A stretch of DNA of 64,000 nt from Eubacteriales bacterium (GCA_035449045.1 DAOTKC010000002.1:30192-94191), one strand, 5' to 3'; positions 26,245 through 35,972 are shown, counted from the stretch's first letter. Notes: generated by a model from the sequence alone, not told the origin. A program made the numbers and translations.

Positions 26245-27498
26245 ATGGAGATAAAGCTCGATTACGGAAAGAGCGGGCTTAAGTTAGAGCTTGAGAACGC
26301 CGCCGTCTTTTATCCCGAAAAGCAGGCGGCGGTAGCGGACGCAGCCGCCGAAATTATAAGGAAACTTCTTTCACCCGACGCGGGGGAAGGGCTCAATAGG
26401 CTTATCTCGGCGGGAATGAAAGTGGCGATTGCGCACACCGACATCACGCGCGCCACGCCCAATCATATAATCATTCCCGCAATAACCGAAACGCTGCTTT
26501 CGCTCGGCGTCCGCGAAGATGATATTACGCTCGTCAACATGACGGGAAGTCACCGTCCGCAGACCAAGGACGAGCTTGAAAAAATGCTGGGGAAAGAGGT
26601 TGCGTCAAGGTTTAAATGCGTCCAGCACAACTCCTTCGACAAGTCGGGAATGCGGCTTTTAGGCAATCTCGACGGCCACCCGTTCTACGTCAATCGGGAA
26701 TATGTGGACGCCGATTTCAAAATCGCGACGGGCTTTATCGAGCCCCACTTTTTTGCGGGATTCAGCGGCGGACCCAAGGCGGTGCTGCCCGGCCTTGCCG
26801 ACGTCGACAGCATCATGAGAAACCACGGCGCCGAAAGAATCAAATGCCCCTTCGCGACGTGGGGCAGGACGGAGGGCAATCCCGTTTGGGAGAACATCAG
26901 GGAGGGTTGCCGTCTGGCGGGAATGAATTTTTTGGTCAACGTTGCCATGAACGCGGAAGGAAAGATTTCGGCGGTCTTTTCCGGCGAATGGGAGGCGGCT
27001 CACAGAAAGGGGACGGATTTTGTCAAGCGCCACGCCATGAAAAAGGCGGATAAGCTCTACGATATCGTAATAGCGTCCAACAGCGGCTACCCTCTTGACA
27101 TCAACCTTTATCAATGCGTAAAAGCGATGAGCTGCGCCGCCGAGATAGTCAAGGAAGGGGGAACAATCATCATCGCGGGCGAATGCCTCGACGGCATTCC
27201 CTCGGGCAGCCACTATCAAAAGGTCCTCGCCTCGGCGTCCTCGCCCGCCGAGCTTTTCGAGCTTATTTCAAGCGGGAAACTGCACGCGCCCGAGCAGTGG
27301 CAGGCGCAGATTCAAGCGCGCGTGCAAAAGCGCGCCAAGGTCTATGTCTATTCGGACGGCCTTTCCGACGATGAGATAAGAAGCGCTATGCTTACGCCCT
27401 GCCGCGATATAGCGGCATTAGTCAAAAAGTTGGGCGGCAGCGTCGCCGTGCTTCCCAAAGGCCCGCAGACGATAGCATATTTCGAGAAAGAAAATTAG
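26245..27498 (+). CDS. LarA-family nickel-pincer-dependent 2-hydroxyacid racemase/epimerase homologue (DUF2088)
   Basis: Segments TGSHRPQT, IEPHFFAGFSGGPKAVLPG and MRNHG are consistent with the LarA catalytic His / cofactor-binding Lys / His set. I chose ATG 26245 (RBS GAGGTG) over GTG 26236. Confidence 0.75.
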   Translation: MEIKLDYGKSGLKLELENAAVFYPEKQAAVADAAAEIIRKLLSPDAGEGLNRLISAGMKVAIAHTDITRATPNHIIIPAITETLLSLGVREDDITLVNMTGSHRPQTKDELEKMLGKEVASRFKCVQHNSFDKSGMRLLGNLDGHPFYVNREYVDADFKIATGFIEPHFFAGFSGGPKAVLPGLADVDSIMRNHGAERIKCPFATWGRTEGNPVWENIREGCRLAGMNFLVNVAMNAEGKISAVFSGEWEAAHRKGTDFVKRHAMKKADKLYDIVIASNSGYPLDINLYQCVKAMSCAAEIVKEGGTIIIAGECLDGIPSGSHYQKVLASASSPAELFELISSGKLHAPEQWQAQIQARVQKRAKVYVYSDGLSDDEIRSAMLTPCRDIAALVKKLGGSVAVLPKGPQTIAYFEKEN

Positions 27499-27596
27499 CG
27501 ATAACTTAAACAAATCAAAATAGACAGATTAAACCGTTATTTGGAAAAAGAAAGCGAATTTTAAACTTAAAGTAATTATTTCGGGGAGTTAAAAAA

Positions 27597-28916
27597 ATGG
27601 AAAGAAAAATTGTGGTAGCGGGAGCGGGACACGGCGGACTTACGGCGGCTGCGTATTTGGCGGAGCAGGGCTTTGCGGTCGAGGTCTACGAGATGAAGCG
27701 GCGCGAGGAGTTGGGCTACGACTGGCACGACACCATCGACAACCGCACTTTCGAATATGCCGGCGTTGATTTTGACATGAGCGAGGCGAGCTTAAGAAAG
27801 CATTCCAGCTTTTTCGCGCCTTCGCTTAATACCGAAGTCGCCTTTGACACGCCGCCCGAAAGCAGGGAAATAGAGGTCGAGCGAAAGACGATTTACCGCT
27901 ATCTACTTAAAAACGCCGAAGACAAGGGCGCAAAACTTTATTTTTCAAAAAAAGTAACCGCCCCACTTATTAAAAACGGCGCTGTCAAGGGAATAATCGC
28001 GGGCGGAAAAGAGGTTGAGGCCGATTTGGTGATAGATGCCGCAGGAATGTTTTCCGCGGTTATCCAAGGCCTGCCCAAAAGCTATAATTTGAGGCCGGGC
28101 TTCGGCAAAAACGACGTCTTTCACGCCTACCGCGCCTACTATAACTTAGTAGATGGCGCGGAAATCCCCAACGCCGACCGTTTCAACATCTATTTCAAGT
28201 TCAACGGCCTTTCGGGCATCGCTTGGTTTAAGGAAAACCACGGCATGGCCGACGTCATTGTTGGGAGCGTCGGCGGACTTAATAAGGAGATAATAGCGGA
28301 CACTCTCGAAAAACTGAGAAAAATCCGGCCCGCCATCGGGTTTGAGCTGCTTCGCGGCGGCCAAACGGGCATAATTCCCATTAAATCGGCGCATTCTCTC
28401 TTCGTCGGCGACAATTACGCCGCGACGGGCGACGCCGCCTCCATGCCCATTCCGCTTCGCGGCTCGGGCATAACCAACGCCATAATTTCGGGCAAGATGC
28501 TGGCGGAAACCGTTATAGATATCGTAAAGCGCGGCAAAAATTTCGATATTGCCGAGCTTTGGGACTATCAAGTCAAATTCTACCATGAAATAGGCCGTTC
28601 GCTGGCGCCAGTCGCCATCTTGAAAAACCGCCTGCTCGGCTATTCGGGCAAAACGCTCGACTTTTTGTTCGACAAAAAAATCCTTTCGGCGGCCGAGTTT
28701 TCGGCGGGCTCGGAAGGACGGGAAGTGGTGATGGACAAAGCCGCCGTTCTCGACAAATTGAAAAAGGGCTACACCAATCTTGCCGCGCTGATTACGCTTA
28801 AGGCCGCGGTCAGAAAATCCAAGACGGCGCGCCTTCACGCCGGGAGCATTCCTCTAACTTATCAGAAAGAAGAGGTTGAGCGGTGGAGGAAAAAACTTGA
28901 AAGTTTTTTCAATTAA
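27597..28916 (+). CDS. FAD-dependent oxidoreductase, geranylgeranyl-reductase-like
   Basis: N-terminal dinucleotide fold VVAGAGHGGLTAAAYLAEQGFAVEVYE, and an internal GDAA motif (ATGDAASM). Confidence 0.75.
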   Translation: MERKIVVAGAGHGGLTAAAYLAEQGFAVEVYEMKRREELGYDWHDTIDNRTFEYAGVDFDMSEASLRKHSSFFAPSLNTEVAFDTPPESREIEVERKTIYRYLLKNAEDKGAKLYFSKKVTAPLIKNGAVKGIIAGGKEVEADLVIDAAGMFSAVIQGLPKSYNLRPGFGKNDVFHAYRAYYNLVDGAEIPNADRFNIYFKFNGLSGIAWFKENHGMADVIVGSVGGLNKEIIADTLEKLRKIRPAIGFELLRGGQTGIIPIKSAHSLFVGDNYAATGDAASMPIPLRGSGITNAIISGKMLAETVIDIVKRGKNFDIAELWDYQVKFYHEIGRSLAPVAILKNRLLGYSGKTLDFLFDKKILSAAEFSAGSEGREVVMDKAAVLDKLKKGYTNLAALITLKAAVRKSKTARLHAGSIPLTYQKEEVERWRKKLESFFN

Positions 28917-29105
28917 TAATTAATAATTAATAATGAATAATGGTGGATGGCGGCTTCGCCGAACGAAAAACGAAAAACGCTCGACACAAAACGAGCGGCG
29001 CTAGTGCGCCGAATGAAAAACGAAAACGAAAAAGGAAAAATTTTGGTGAGTTACACGATAAAGGTTTGTCACTCCGAGCGCAAGCGTGAGAGTCCCGCGG
29101 GGCGA
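28911..29105 (+). repeat. Dispersed heptad-built intergenic element, copy 2 (longest), plus an appended GC-rich module
   Basis: AATTAAT x3, AATGAAT, AATGGTGGATGGCGGCTTCGCCGAACGAAAAACGAAAAACGCTCGAC, hairpin CGGCGC-TAGT-GCGCCG (28996-29011), second A-rich tract (29011-29040), then GTCACTCCGAGCGCAAGCGTGAGAGTCCCGCGGGG (29068-29102). It starts at the TAA stop of the upstream gene. Confidence 0.85.
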
Positions 29106-29130
29106 AAACGCCAACAAACAATGGAGAAGA

Positions 29131-29841
29131 ATGAAAATTAAAAGATATAAAAGCGGTGACGAGATTTCCTATGCGCTGGGTATGGCGCCTTTGATTGAGC
29201 TTATAAATAACCGCCCCGAACAGTTGCGGGCGGTGTTTTTAAGCCCGCAGGCGATAGAAAACGAAAACACCGAAAAGGTCTTAGAGCTTGCAAAAGAGCT
29301 CGGTATTTCCGCCGAGAAGAACGACAAAGTTTTCAATATATTGTCCGACAAAGGGAATTGCTTTGCGATAGGCGCATTTGAAATCCCCAAAGATAAAATC
29401 CGTGAAGGCGACCATATCGTGCTTGTCAATCCTTCCGACGCCGGCAATTTGGGCACAATCATGAGGACGGCGGCGGGCTTTGGTTTTTTGGATCTCGCCG
29501 TCATCTCTCCCGCGGCGGATGCCTTCGACCCCAAGACGGTGCGCGCCTCGATGGGCGCAGTTTTTTCGCTGAATATCGAATATTTTAGTTCTTTCGGGGA
29601 TTACCGCGAACGGTTTAAAAATAACAAGCTCTATTCTTTCATGCTTGACGCCAAAAGGACGCTCAGTAAAACCGAATTCACCCCGCCCTTTTCGCTGATT
29701 TTCGGCAACGAGGCGCACGGCCTTCCCGCCGAATTTTCGGGATTTTCCGAGACGGTGGTCATTCCCCATTCCGCCAAAATCGACAGTTTGAATCTGCCGA
29801 TAGCGGCGGGAATCGCGATGTATTTCGTCAAAAACAATTGA
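29131..29841 (+). CDS. TrmH/SpoU-family RNA 2'-O-methyltransferase
   Basis: SpoU motifs: LVNPSDAGNLGTIMRTAAGFG, FGNEAHGL, IPHSAKIDSLNLPIAAGIAMY. I chose ATG 29131 (RBS GGAGAAG). Confidence 0.85.
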   Translation: MKIKRYKSGDEISYALGMAPLIELINNRPEQLRAVFLSPQAIENENTEKVLELAKELGISAEKNDKVFNILSDKGNCFAIGAFEIPKDKIREGDHIVLVNPSDAGNLGTIMRTAAGFGFLDLAVISPAADAFDPKTVRASMGAVFSLNIEYFSSFGDYRERFKNNKLYSFMLDAKRTLSKTEFTPPFSLIFGNEAHGLPAEFSGFSETVVIPHSAKIDSLNLPIAAGIAMYFVKNN

Positions 29842-29965
29842 ATGCCAAAATTTGACAAACTGGTCGGATGCCTTTTAAGGATAGTATCTTGACAAAAATT
29901 ATAGTTTGTCTTAACACTGATGTATGGCATATAATAATGCCGCAATGTTTTTAGGGGGGTTACCT

Positions 29966-32900
29966 ATGTTTAAGAAAATTAAAATTGTCTTTATATTTTT
30001 ACTTATCACGGCGGCGGCGCTTACGCTTTTTGCCTGCAATAAGGATGAGAAATTCACCGTCACGGTGAATTTTATGGTTGATGGCGTGGTTTATGAGACC
30101 GTCACGGTAAATCAGGACAATTTAGTTAATGTCGAATTTCCCGCCGCTCCCGAAAAAACAGGCTACAGCTTCGGCGGGTGGTATTTCGACCAAGAGACGC
30201 TTGAAAACGAGTTCAAGTCGCTTATCGGCTACAACAAAACCGCAACGGTGGAGGTTTACGCCAAATGGGCGCCTCGCAGTTATATCATTACATACGACGT
30301 AAACGGCGGCGAGCCGCTTGAGTCCAACACCCGGATGGCGACTTTCGGCGAGAACACCGTGCTCGAGGTGCCCGAATACGAGGGGTATTTCTTCGCAGGC
30401 TGGTATAACGGAACCGGTCTTGTTTCCGACGGGCCGTGGAGTATACCCTCCGACGTCACCTTGACGGCGGCCTGGACGCCTCAGCCCTTTAAGGCCACCT
30501 TCAATTCGATGGGCGGCGCCGCGGTTGCCGAAATCGAGGGCGGATATATGAGCCCGATTGCCGCGCCCGTCTCTCCCGCTTGGACCGGCCTGACTTTCGT
30601 TAACTGGTTCACCAGCGACGACGGCGGCGTCACTCTTTCGGCGGCGCCCTACGTCTTCAACACCATGCCATTGGGCGGCGTCACACTCTATGCCAAATGG
30701 CAGCTGAACGCGCCCACGGTAACCTCCGATCTTGCCAACTTGACCGAGGTTTACAACGGCGCCAACAGCCTGTCGGTTGCGGCTGCGCACGCCCAGCCCC
30801 AGGCGACGCTCTCCTATCAATGGTTCTATTCCTCGGGCGAAGACTTTGCGCCCGCCTCCAACAACGCTACCGGCAATACAATAGCCGTTTCCGCCGTTTC
30901 GCTATCCGGCGCTTATTACTGCAAAATAACGGCTACCTTCGGGACTTACACGTCCTCGGTGTCAAGCGCCTCTGCGATTGTGACAATTACGCCCAAGCAG
31001 CTTGCACTTACCGGCGTAACGGCGGCAAACAGGCAGTATGACGGCACGACTTCCGTTACTCTTTCGGGCGGCGCGCTTAGCGGCGTGATAGTGGGCGACG
31101 AAGTCGGCTTTACACTGGGCGACGGCACCGTAGCATCGGCAAACGCATTCGAGACGCCCTACGATGTTTCGTTCACGGTCACTCTTACGGGCACCGACAA
31201 AGACAACTATACCTGCCCGCCTCCCGCAGGCGTGACGGCGACCATATCCAAAGCCGACTTCGATATGACGGGAGTAAAAAAAGCTTACAAAGCGTATGAT
31301 GTTATTTATGAATACACCGAACCGATTGTTTATAACGACTACGCCAACATAATTTTGTTGATTGGGTTGCCCCAAGGACTTACTGCGGTTTTTGACGGAA
31401 AACGCTATGGGGCTGTTGGTAAGTTCCAGATTTCATTTACTTTCGAATATGACATCCAAAACTACAACGAGCCTGATTACGAGACGACGTTTGAATTTGA
31501 AATCTTAGGGATTGACCTCCCGATAACCGTCTGGTATTCGGGCGGGCCGCTTATTGTCGGAGATTCTTTGCCGACGCTTTCGTTTTCGGGCGGCATTAGT
31601 ATGTTTGATACGGTGACGCTTGACGCCGGTCAAACGCTTGAAGCGGGCGCGCATGAATACGACTGGACATTTACGCCTTATCTGGACGGGTATGCCCAGA
31701 AGAAAGGCAAGATAACGCTGGTCGTTTTTGCCGAGCCGCCTTTTGGCCTTTCGATAGCGTCACAGCCGAACAAGATGGAATATTATGCGAATGAGGAGCT
31801 GGAAACCGCCGGCCTCGTCGCCAAGTTGGTTTTCGAGACGGCGGAAGAAGTTGAGATTTCGGATTATGAAATCGTCTATCAAACCGATGCGGGCTGTTTC
31901 CAATACGGTGACACTAAGGTCACGATTATGTATGGCGGCCTTTCGGCGGATATAGAGATTACCGTTTTGCAACTTGACTATGAGTTTTCGTATGAGCTGC
32001 CCGAATACTGGTATTCTCACATTGATCTTCCCGAAATATTCGACCATATAGAGGATGGCTATTTTGAGTGGGAAGAGAGGACGGAATGGACGCCGGGCGC
32101 CTATAATACCCCGTTCACCTTCTATCCCGACGATACCAACTATAAGCCTTACCAAGGCGCAACCGAAATCTATTGGTTGTTTCGGGCGGTTAATTCATTC
32201 GAGATATTTGAATCTATATTATTACATATACCCGAAAAGGCTCACGAGATTTACGACCAAATTTGGAGCTACGGCTTTTTCGAGTCCTTTGCGCCCAATG
32301 AATTAAACAATGATTTGTTGGATCTTCTCGGCGTCGAGGACGACACTCTCAGAGTGGAGGTCGATTACCGCGATCTTGAGGTCGTTGGCGACGAGGGCTA
32401 TTTAGTCCTTGAAACTCACCACCAGTATTATGTTACCCTCAGGATTTATGGCTCGATTTATGTCGGCGAGGGCGAGGATGCCGAGCTTGTCGAGTTTTTA
32501 CTGGACACCTTCGGAGCGTGGATGTTCCCATGCCATATGCTAACTGACTATTTGCTCTTGGACAACAGTAACTACCACTATGGCTATTACGAAGTGAACT
32601 CGGAACATCCCGTAATCAGCCTCAATCCCGACTACTGTTTTCCCGAACCGTATTTCACTATTTATATAACCGACCTTGACGGCTCGCAAGACTTCACCCT
32701 TCAAATCGGCGGAAACGATTTGTATATTGTCATCGAATTTGATGATGTATTTGACGAAGCGAGAGGCATTACGATTCACCGGAGTTACCGCACCGCGATC
32801 AATGTTGAATACGATCCTCCCTACTTTAGCGAGTTTAAGGTCAACGGCGTCGAATATAAGGATATCGGCGAGGACGAAGGCTGGAGCTTTGAAATTTATA

Positions 32901-34675
32901 CCGACAGCCCGGAATTTACGCTGAAAGTCGAATATGACACCGAATATTACGTTCTTTTTGATTATTTCGGCGATCCGATTTTGCCCGGTCTGCATACCTT
33001 TATCTACGTTCCTTACATGAATTATTACTACCTGACTGTCGCCGCCAAAAGCGACGAATGTATCGGTGATGAAATATACCTCTATTTCTATCCTTATACC
33101 CACGTAAAAGCGGGCTATGCCCTCTTTGTCGGTGAGGACGAAGACGAAGCGCTTGACATGTATTTCGAGTTCGAATACGGACGGCCGGTATTTTACTTTG
33201 AAAATTATGACCGCCACGGCTTTAAGTGGTTCGATTTCGAGCTCGATGACGGTTATACCTGGAAGATTTACCGTAACGGCGAATTATTCGATGAAAACTC
33301 ACTTGACTACGGCGAAAACTTCTTCGAGCTTCGCGTCTACGACGCTTTGGATAATGTTGTCGAGGTCGTGGAAATTCGGTTATATTTCTCTTTGCCCGAT
33401 TATATCGATGCCGATTGGATGTGGACCGGCGATTTGAAGACGCTTCAATATCTGGCCACGACCGAGGAAGAGGAATATACCGTCCTCCTTGAGCCCTTCA
33501 ATGATTATTATCCCATTTATTCGGTAAACGGCGCCGTCGGGCCTTATCCCGAGGGAGTTGAACTTTCGGGACTTACGCCCGGCTATAACAGCGTCTATGC
33601 CGTTCTTTATTATACCGCCGGCGAGGTAAGCTATTATATCGGCATTGATATGAACATCTATATCGCCGTTCCCGACGTCCGCCAAAAGATTGATGAAATT
33701 GACGGCCGGGGCTTCTATTTGAATCTTAATACATCCGAATGGTCATCCCGGGCTTTCTATTTTTATGATTACGCATTACATGTTGAATTAGACGCCACGC
33801 GGACGCTTGAGGAATGGGCGGAGCAGATGGAGCCGGTCTTCCTCAACAACAATAATCCTACTTATGCCGCCGAAATCAAGTTTAATGACGGACAGTTTGT
33901 TATCGAGTTTTACAAAAACCTCGCGCCGTATTTTGAACTGCCCATTTCGTTCTCGGTCAATGGCGAACATAACGACGACGTTGGGGCGGCAATCTGCTTC
34001 AATGACGATGTAATGCTGTCCGGTTACAGCGAAGTAGAGTTCGACGACGAAAACAATGCCTCGGTCAGCATAACTTCGGGACAATATCTTATCGTCGGAC
34101 TGAGCAACCCCTACGCAAGACTGAAGGTGACCGGATCCGTGATTATCGAAGGCGTTGGCGAGGATACTTGGGAGCTTGAATATTTTGCCGAATACTACGA
34201 AGGCGATTACTGCGGTTTGGGCTATTCCGCTTATTTTTGGTTCGAGTTGGAAGAACATTACGACTACACCGTTGAGATTACCTCAACCTCGGGCGAAGTT
34301 ACCATCACCTACACCTTGACCGTCGATGAAATTTCCCCGGTCGCTTTGTTTGAGGTCGAGTTTGGCGGCATAGTTTATCAAGCGATCTTCGGTAGTTACG
34401 ACAGCGATGTTTACTGGGATGATTACGATGACGTTTGGCTGCTTATTTTCGACCCCTCGCCCGATGTCGAGGAGGGCGACGTCATCACTATAACGGTCAC
34501 CACCGACATTACCGTCTACGACGGAACATTCCATAAACTTCCGAGCGCGGCGTCATATACCTTCGACCTTAAGGTTTATAATTATTACGGAGGATTATTC
34601 GCCTCTTTCTTCCTCGACTATATGGATATGCTTATCTCCGTTACCTTCGACTTTGATAACTCTTATTACGACTAA
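29966..34675 (+). CDS. Giant surface lipoprotein (1569 aa): lipobox, 4 Listeria-Bacteroides (Flg_new) repeats, MBG-like and bacterial Ig-like segments, then a ~900-aa acidic/aromatic-rich region of unknown fold
   Basis: Signal peptide with LFAC lipobox. Repeated GY(S/F)F.GW(Y/F)...(V/L)YAKW units. ITPKQLALTGVTAANRQYDGT...NYTC (MBG-like). SQPNKMEYYANEELETAGLVAKL (Big_3-like). The remainder has no family I recognise and no LPXTG. I chose ATG 29966 (RBS AGGGGGG). Confidence 0.8.
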   Translation: MFKKIKIVFIFLLITAAALTLFACNKDEKFTVTVNFMVDGVVYETVTVNQDNLVNVEFPAAPEKTGYSFGGWYFDQETLENEFKSLIGYNKTATVEVYAKWAPRSYIITYDVNGGEPLESNTRMATFGENTVLEVPEYEGYFFAGWYNGTGLVSDGPWSIPSDVTLTAAWTPQPFKATFNSMGGAAVAEIEGGYMSPIAAPVSPAWTGLTFVNWFTSDDGGVTLSAAPYVFNTMPLGGVTLYAKWQLNAPTVTSDLANLTEVYNGANSLSVAAAHAQPQATLSYQWFYSSGEDFAPASNNATGNTIAVSAVSLSGAYYCKITATFGTYTSSVSSASAIVTITPKQLALTGVTAANRQYDGTTSVTLSGGALSGVIVGDEVGFTLGDGTVASANAFETPYDVSFTVTLTGTDKDNYTCPPPAGVTATISKADFDMTGVKKAYKAYDVIYEYTEPIVYNDYANIILLIGLPQGLTAVFDGKRYGAVGKFQISFTFEYDIQNYNEPDYETTFEFEILGIDLPITVWYSGGPLIVGDSLPTLSFSGGISMFDTVTLDAGQTLEAGAHEYDWTFTPYLDGYAQKKGKITLVVFAEPPFGLSIASQPNKMEYYANEELETAGLVAKLVFETAEEVEISDYEIVYQTDAGCFQYGDTKVTIMYGGLSADIEITVLQLDYEFSYELPEYWYSHIDLPEIFDHIEDGYFEWEERTEWTPGAYNTPFTFYPDDTNYKPYQGATEIYWLFRAVNSFEIFESILLHIPEKAHEIYDQIWSYGFFESFAPNELNNDLLDLLGVEDDTLRVEVDYRDLEVVGDEGYLVLETHHQYYVTLRIYGSIYVGEGEDAELVEFLLDTFGAWMFPCHMLTDYLLLDNSNYHYGYYEVNSEHPVISLNPDYCFPEPYFTIYITDLDGSQDFTLQIGGNDLYIVIEFDDVFDEARGITIHRSYRTAINVEYDPPYFSEFKVNGVEYKDIGEDEGWSFEIYTDSPEFTLKVEYDTEYYVLFDYFGDPILPGLHTFIYVPYMNYYYLTVAAKSDECIGDEIYLYFYPYTHVKAGYALFVGEDEDEALDMYFEFEYGRPVFYFENYDRHGFKWFDFELDDGYTWKIYRNGELFDENSLDYGENFFELRVYDALDNVVEVVEIRLYFSLPDYIDADWMWTGDLKTLQYLATTEEEEYTVLLEPFNDYYPIYSVNGAVGPYPEGVELSGLTPGYNSVYAVLYYTAGEVSYYIGIDMNIYIAVPDVRQKIDEIDGRGFYLNLNTSEWSSRAFYFYDYALHVELDATRTLEEWAEQMEPVFLNNNNPTYAAEIKFNDGQFVIEFYKNLAPYFELPISFSVNGEHNDDVGAAICFNDDVMLSGYSEVEFDDENNASVSITSGQYLIVGLSNPYARLKVTGSVIIEGVGEDTWELEYFAEYYEGDYCGLGYSAYFWFELEEHYDYTVEITSTSGEVTITYTLTVDEISPVALFEVEFGGIVYQAIFGSYDSDVYWDDYDDVWLLIFDPSPDVEEGDVITITVTTDITVYDGTFHKLPSAASYTFDLKVYNYYGGLFASFFLDYMDMLISVTFDFDNSYYD

Positions 34676-34734
34676 ACCAAGTCGGGCTGTCGCGCTTAAC
34701 AAAGGTCAAAGCGCTTAAAAAATTTGCACTAAGC

Positions 34735-34765
34735 AAAAAGGGAAAGGCTCGCCTTTCCCTTTTTG
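34735..34765. terminator. Bidirectional intrinsic terminator between convergent genes
   Basis: AAAAAGGGAAAGG-CTCG-CCTTTCCCTTTTT. Confidence 0.85.
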
Positions 34766-34793
34766 ATTTAACCTATTTTGTGGTTAGGTCTTC

Positions 34794-35285
34794 TTAAAAT
34801 TTAATGAATTTGGAGCCGGGCACGCCGCAAATAAAGCATTTGTCGGGCACCGAAGTTTCGATGTTGCCGCAAACGGGGCAAAGATAATAAAAAATTTCCT
34901 CGATGCCGTCGATGTTTTCAATCGCTTCCTTGTAGAGCTTGGCGTGGACCTGCTCGGCCTTTAAGGCGAGCGAAAAAGTGGCGGCGGCGGCACGGTTGCC
35001 TTCCTCTTCGGCGTCCTTTATGAAGGCGGGATACATGCTTTGAAATTCGTAGTTTTCGCCCGCCAAGGCGTCGGCTAGATTGTCCGCCGTCGAGCGGAGT
35101 TTGCCGGCCGCGGCAAGATGCTTTTCGGCATGGAGCGCCTCGGCCGCCGAAGCCGCCTTAAAGAGCTTTGCGGCATTGAGCTTGCCCTCGGATTCCGCCT
35201 TTTTGGCGTATGCGGCATATTTTCTGTTCGCCTGCGACTCGCCGGCAAACGCTTCTTTTAAATTTACTTGGGATTTAGTTTCCAT
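34794..35285 (-). CDS. rbr: Rubrerythrin
   Basis: Diiron ferritin-like motifs (ESQANRKY, AEALHAEKH, EFQSMYP, EQVHAKLY) plus C-terminal rubredoxin-like CPVCG...CFICG. RBS AGGAGG. Confidence 0.9.
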   Translation of the reverse strand: METKSQVNLKEAFAGESQANRKYAAYAKKAESEGKLNAAKLFKAASAAEALHAEKHLAAAGKLRSTADNLADALAGENYEFQSMYPAFIKDAEEEGNRAAAATFSLALKAEQVHAKLYKEAIENIDGIEEIFYYLCPVCGNIETSVPDKCFICGVPGSKFIKF

Positions 35286-35435
35286 TTTTCTGCCTCCTTA
35301 ATCTTTTTAACTTTGTTTTATTGTCTTTATATTTTATATTGCCTAAATTTTAGGTTTGCTGTTTTGCACTATCGGAGCTTTCGAGACAATCCAAATCCGT
35401 TGCGGCTCCGTCGGCTTTTGCGGTAAACCGAATTT

Positions 35436-35846
35436 TTATTTTCTTCGGCATCTTGGGCAGACGCCTCTCGCGTAGACGGAAAGGTCTTCGATGGTGTAGC
35501 CCGCAAGCGCCCGCTCAAAGTCCTTTTCCTCGACCTCAAAATCAAAAATTTCGCCGCAGGAGGAGCACTTGAAATGCCCGTGCACCGAGGTGTCGATGTC
35601 GAAATGCGCTTCGCCGTCCAAAAAGTTGACGGCCTTTAAAATCCCGGCGCGCTCAAAGGCCTTAATTGTATTATAAACCGTAGATTTGGCTATCGAGGGG
35701 TTTTCGGCCGTTATGGCCTCGTAAACCCTGATGGCGTCGGGATGCACGCGGTTTTTCAGCAGATAATCCAAAATTGCAAGCCGCTGGTGCGTCAGTTTGA
35801 TTTTGTTCCGCTTAAGTAGCTCGATAATATTTTCATATTTCGTCAT
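35436..35846 (-). CDS. perR: Fur-family transcriptional regulator, PerR-like
   Basis: Winged-helix N-terminus, HFDIDTSVHGHFKC metal-site region and CSSCG...CPRCR structural zinc site. The PerR assignment rests on its position next to rubrerythrin. Confidence 0.7.
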   Translation of the reverse strand: MTKYENIIELLKRNKIKLTHQRLAILDYLLKNRVHPDAIRVYEAITAENPSIAKSTVYNTIKAFERAGILKAVNFLDGEAHFDIDTSVHGHFKCSSCGEIFDFEVEEKDFERALAGYTIEDLSVYARGVCPRCRRK

Positions 35847-35957
35847 AGATTCCGCCTCCTCTTTCGTTTTAAATTTCTCAATATATATTTGATTTTGTTG
35901 CTGAAATCGCTCTCTTCTCCCCGAATAATTTTATTTAAAATCGAATTTAGTTTTATT

Positions 35958-35972
35958 TAATAATCATTCTTA
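35958..35972. promoter_or_regulatory. Fur/PerR-box-like 7-1-7 inverted repeat upstream of perR
   Basis: TAATAAT-C-ATTCTTA (one mismatch), about 110 nt upstream of the perR ATG in the divergent perR / P-type ATPase region. Confidence 0.35.
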
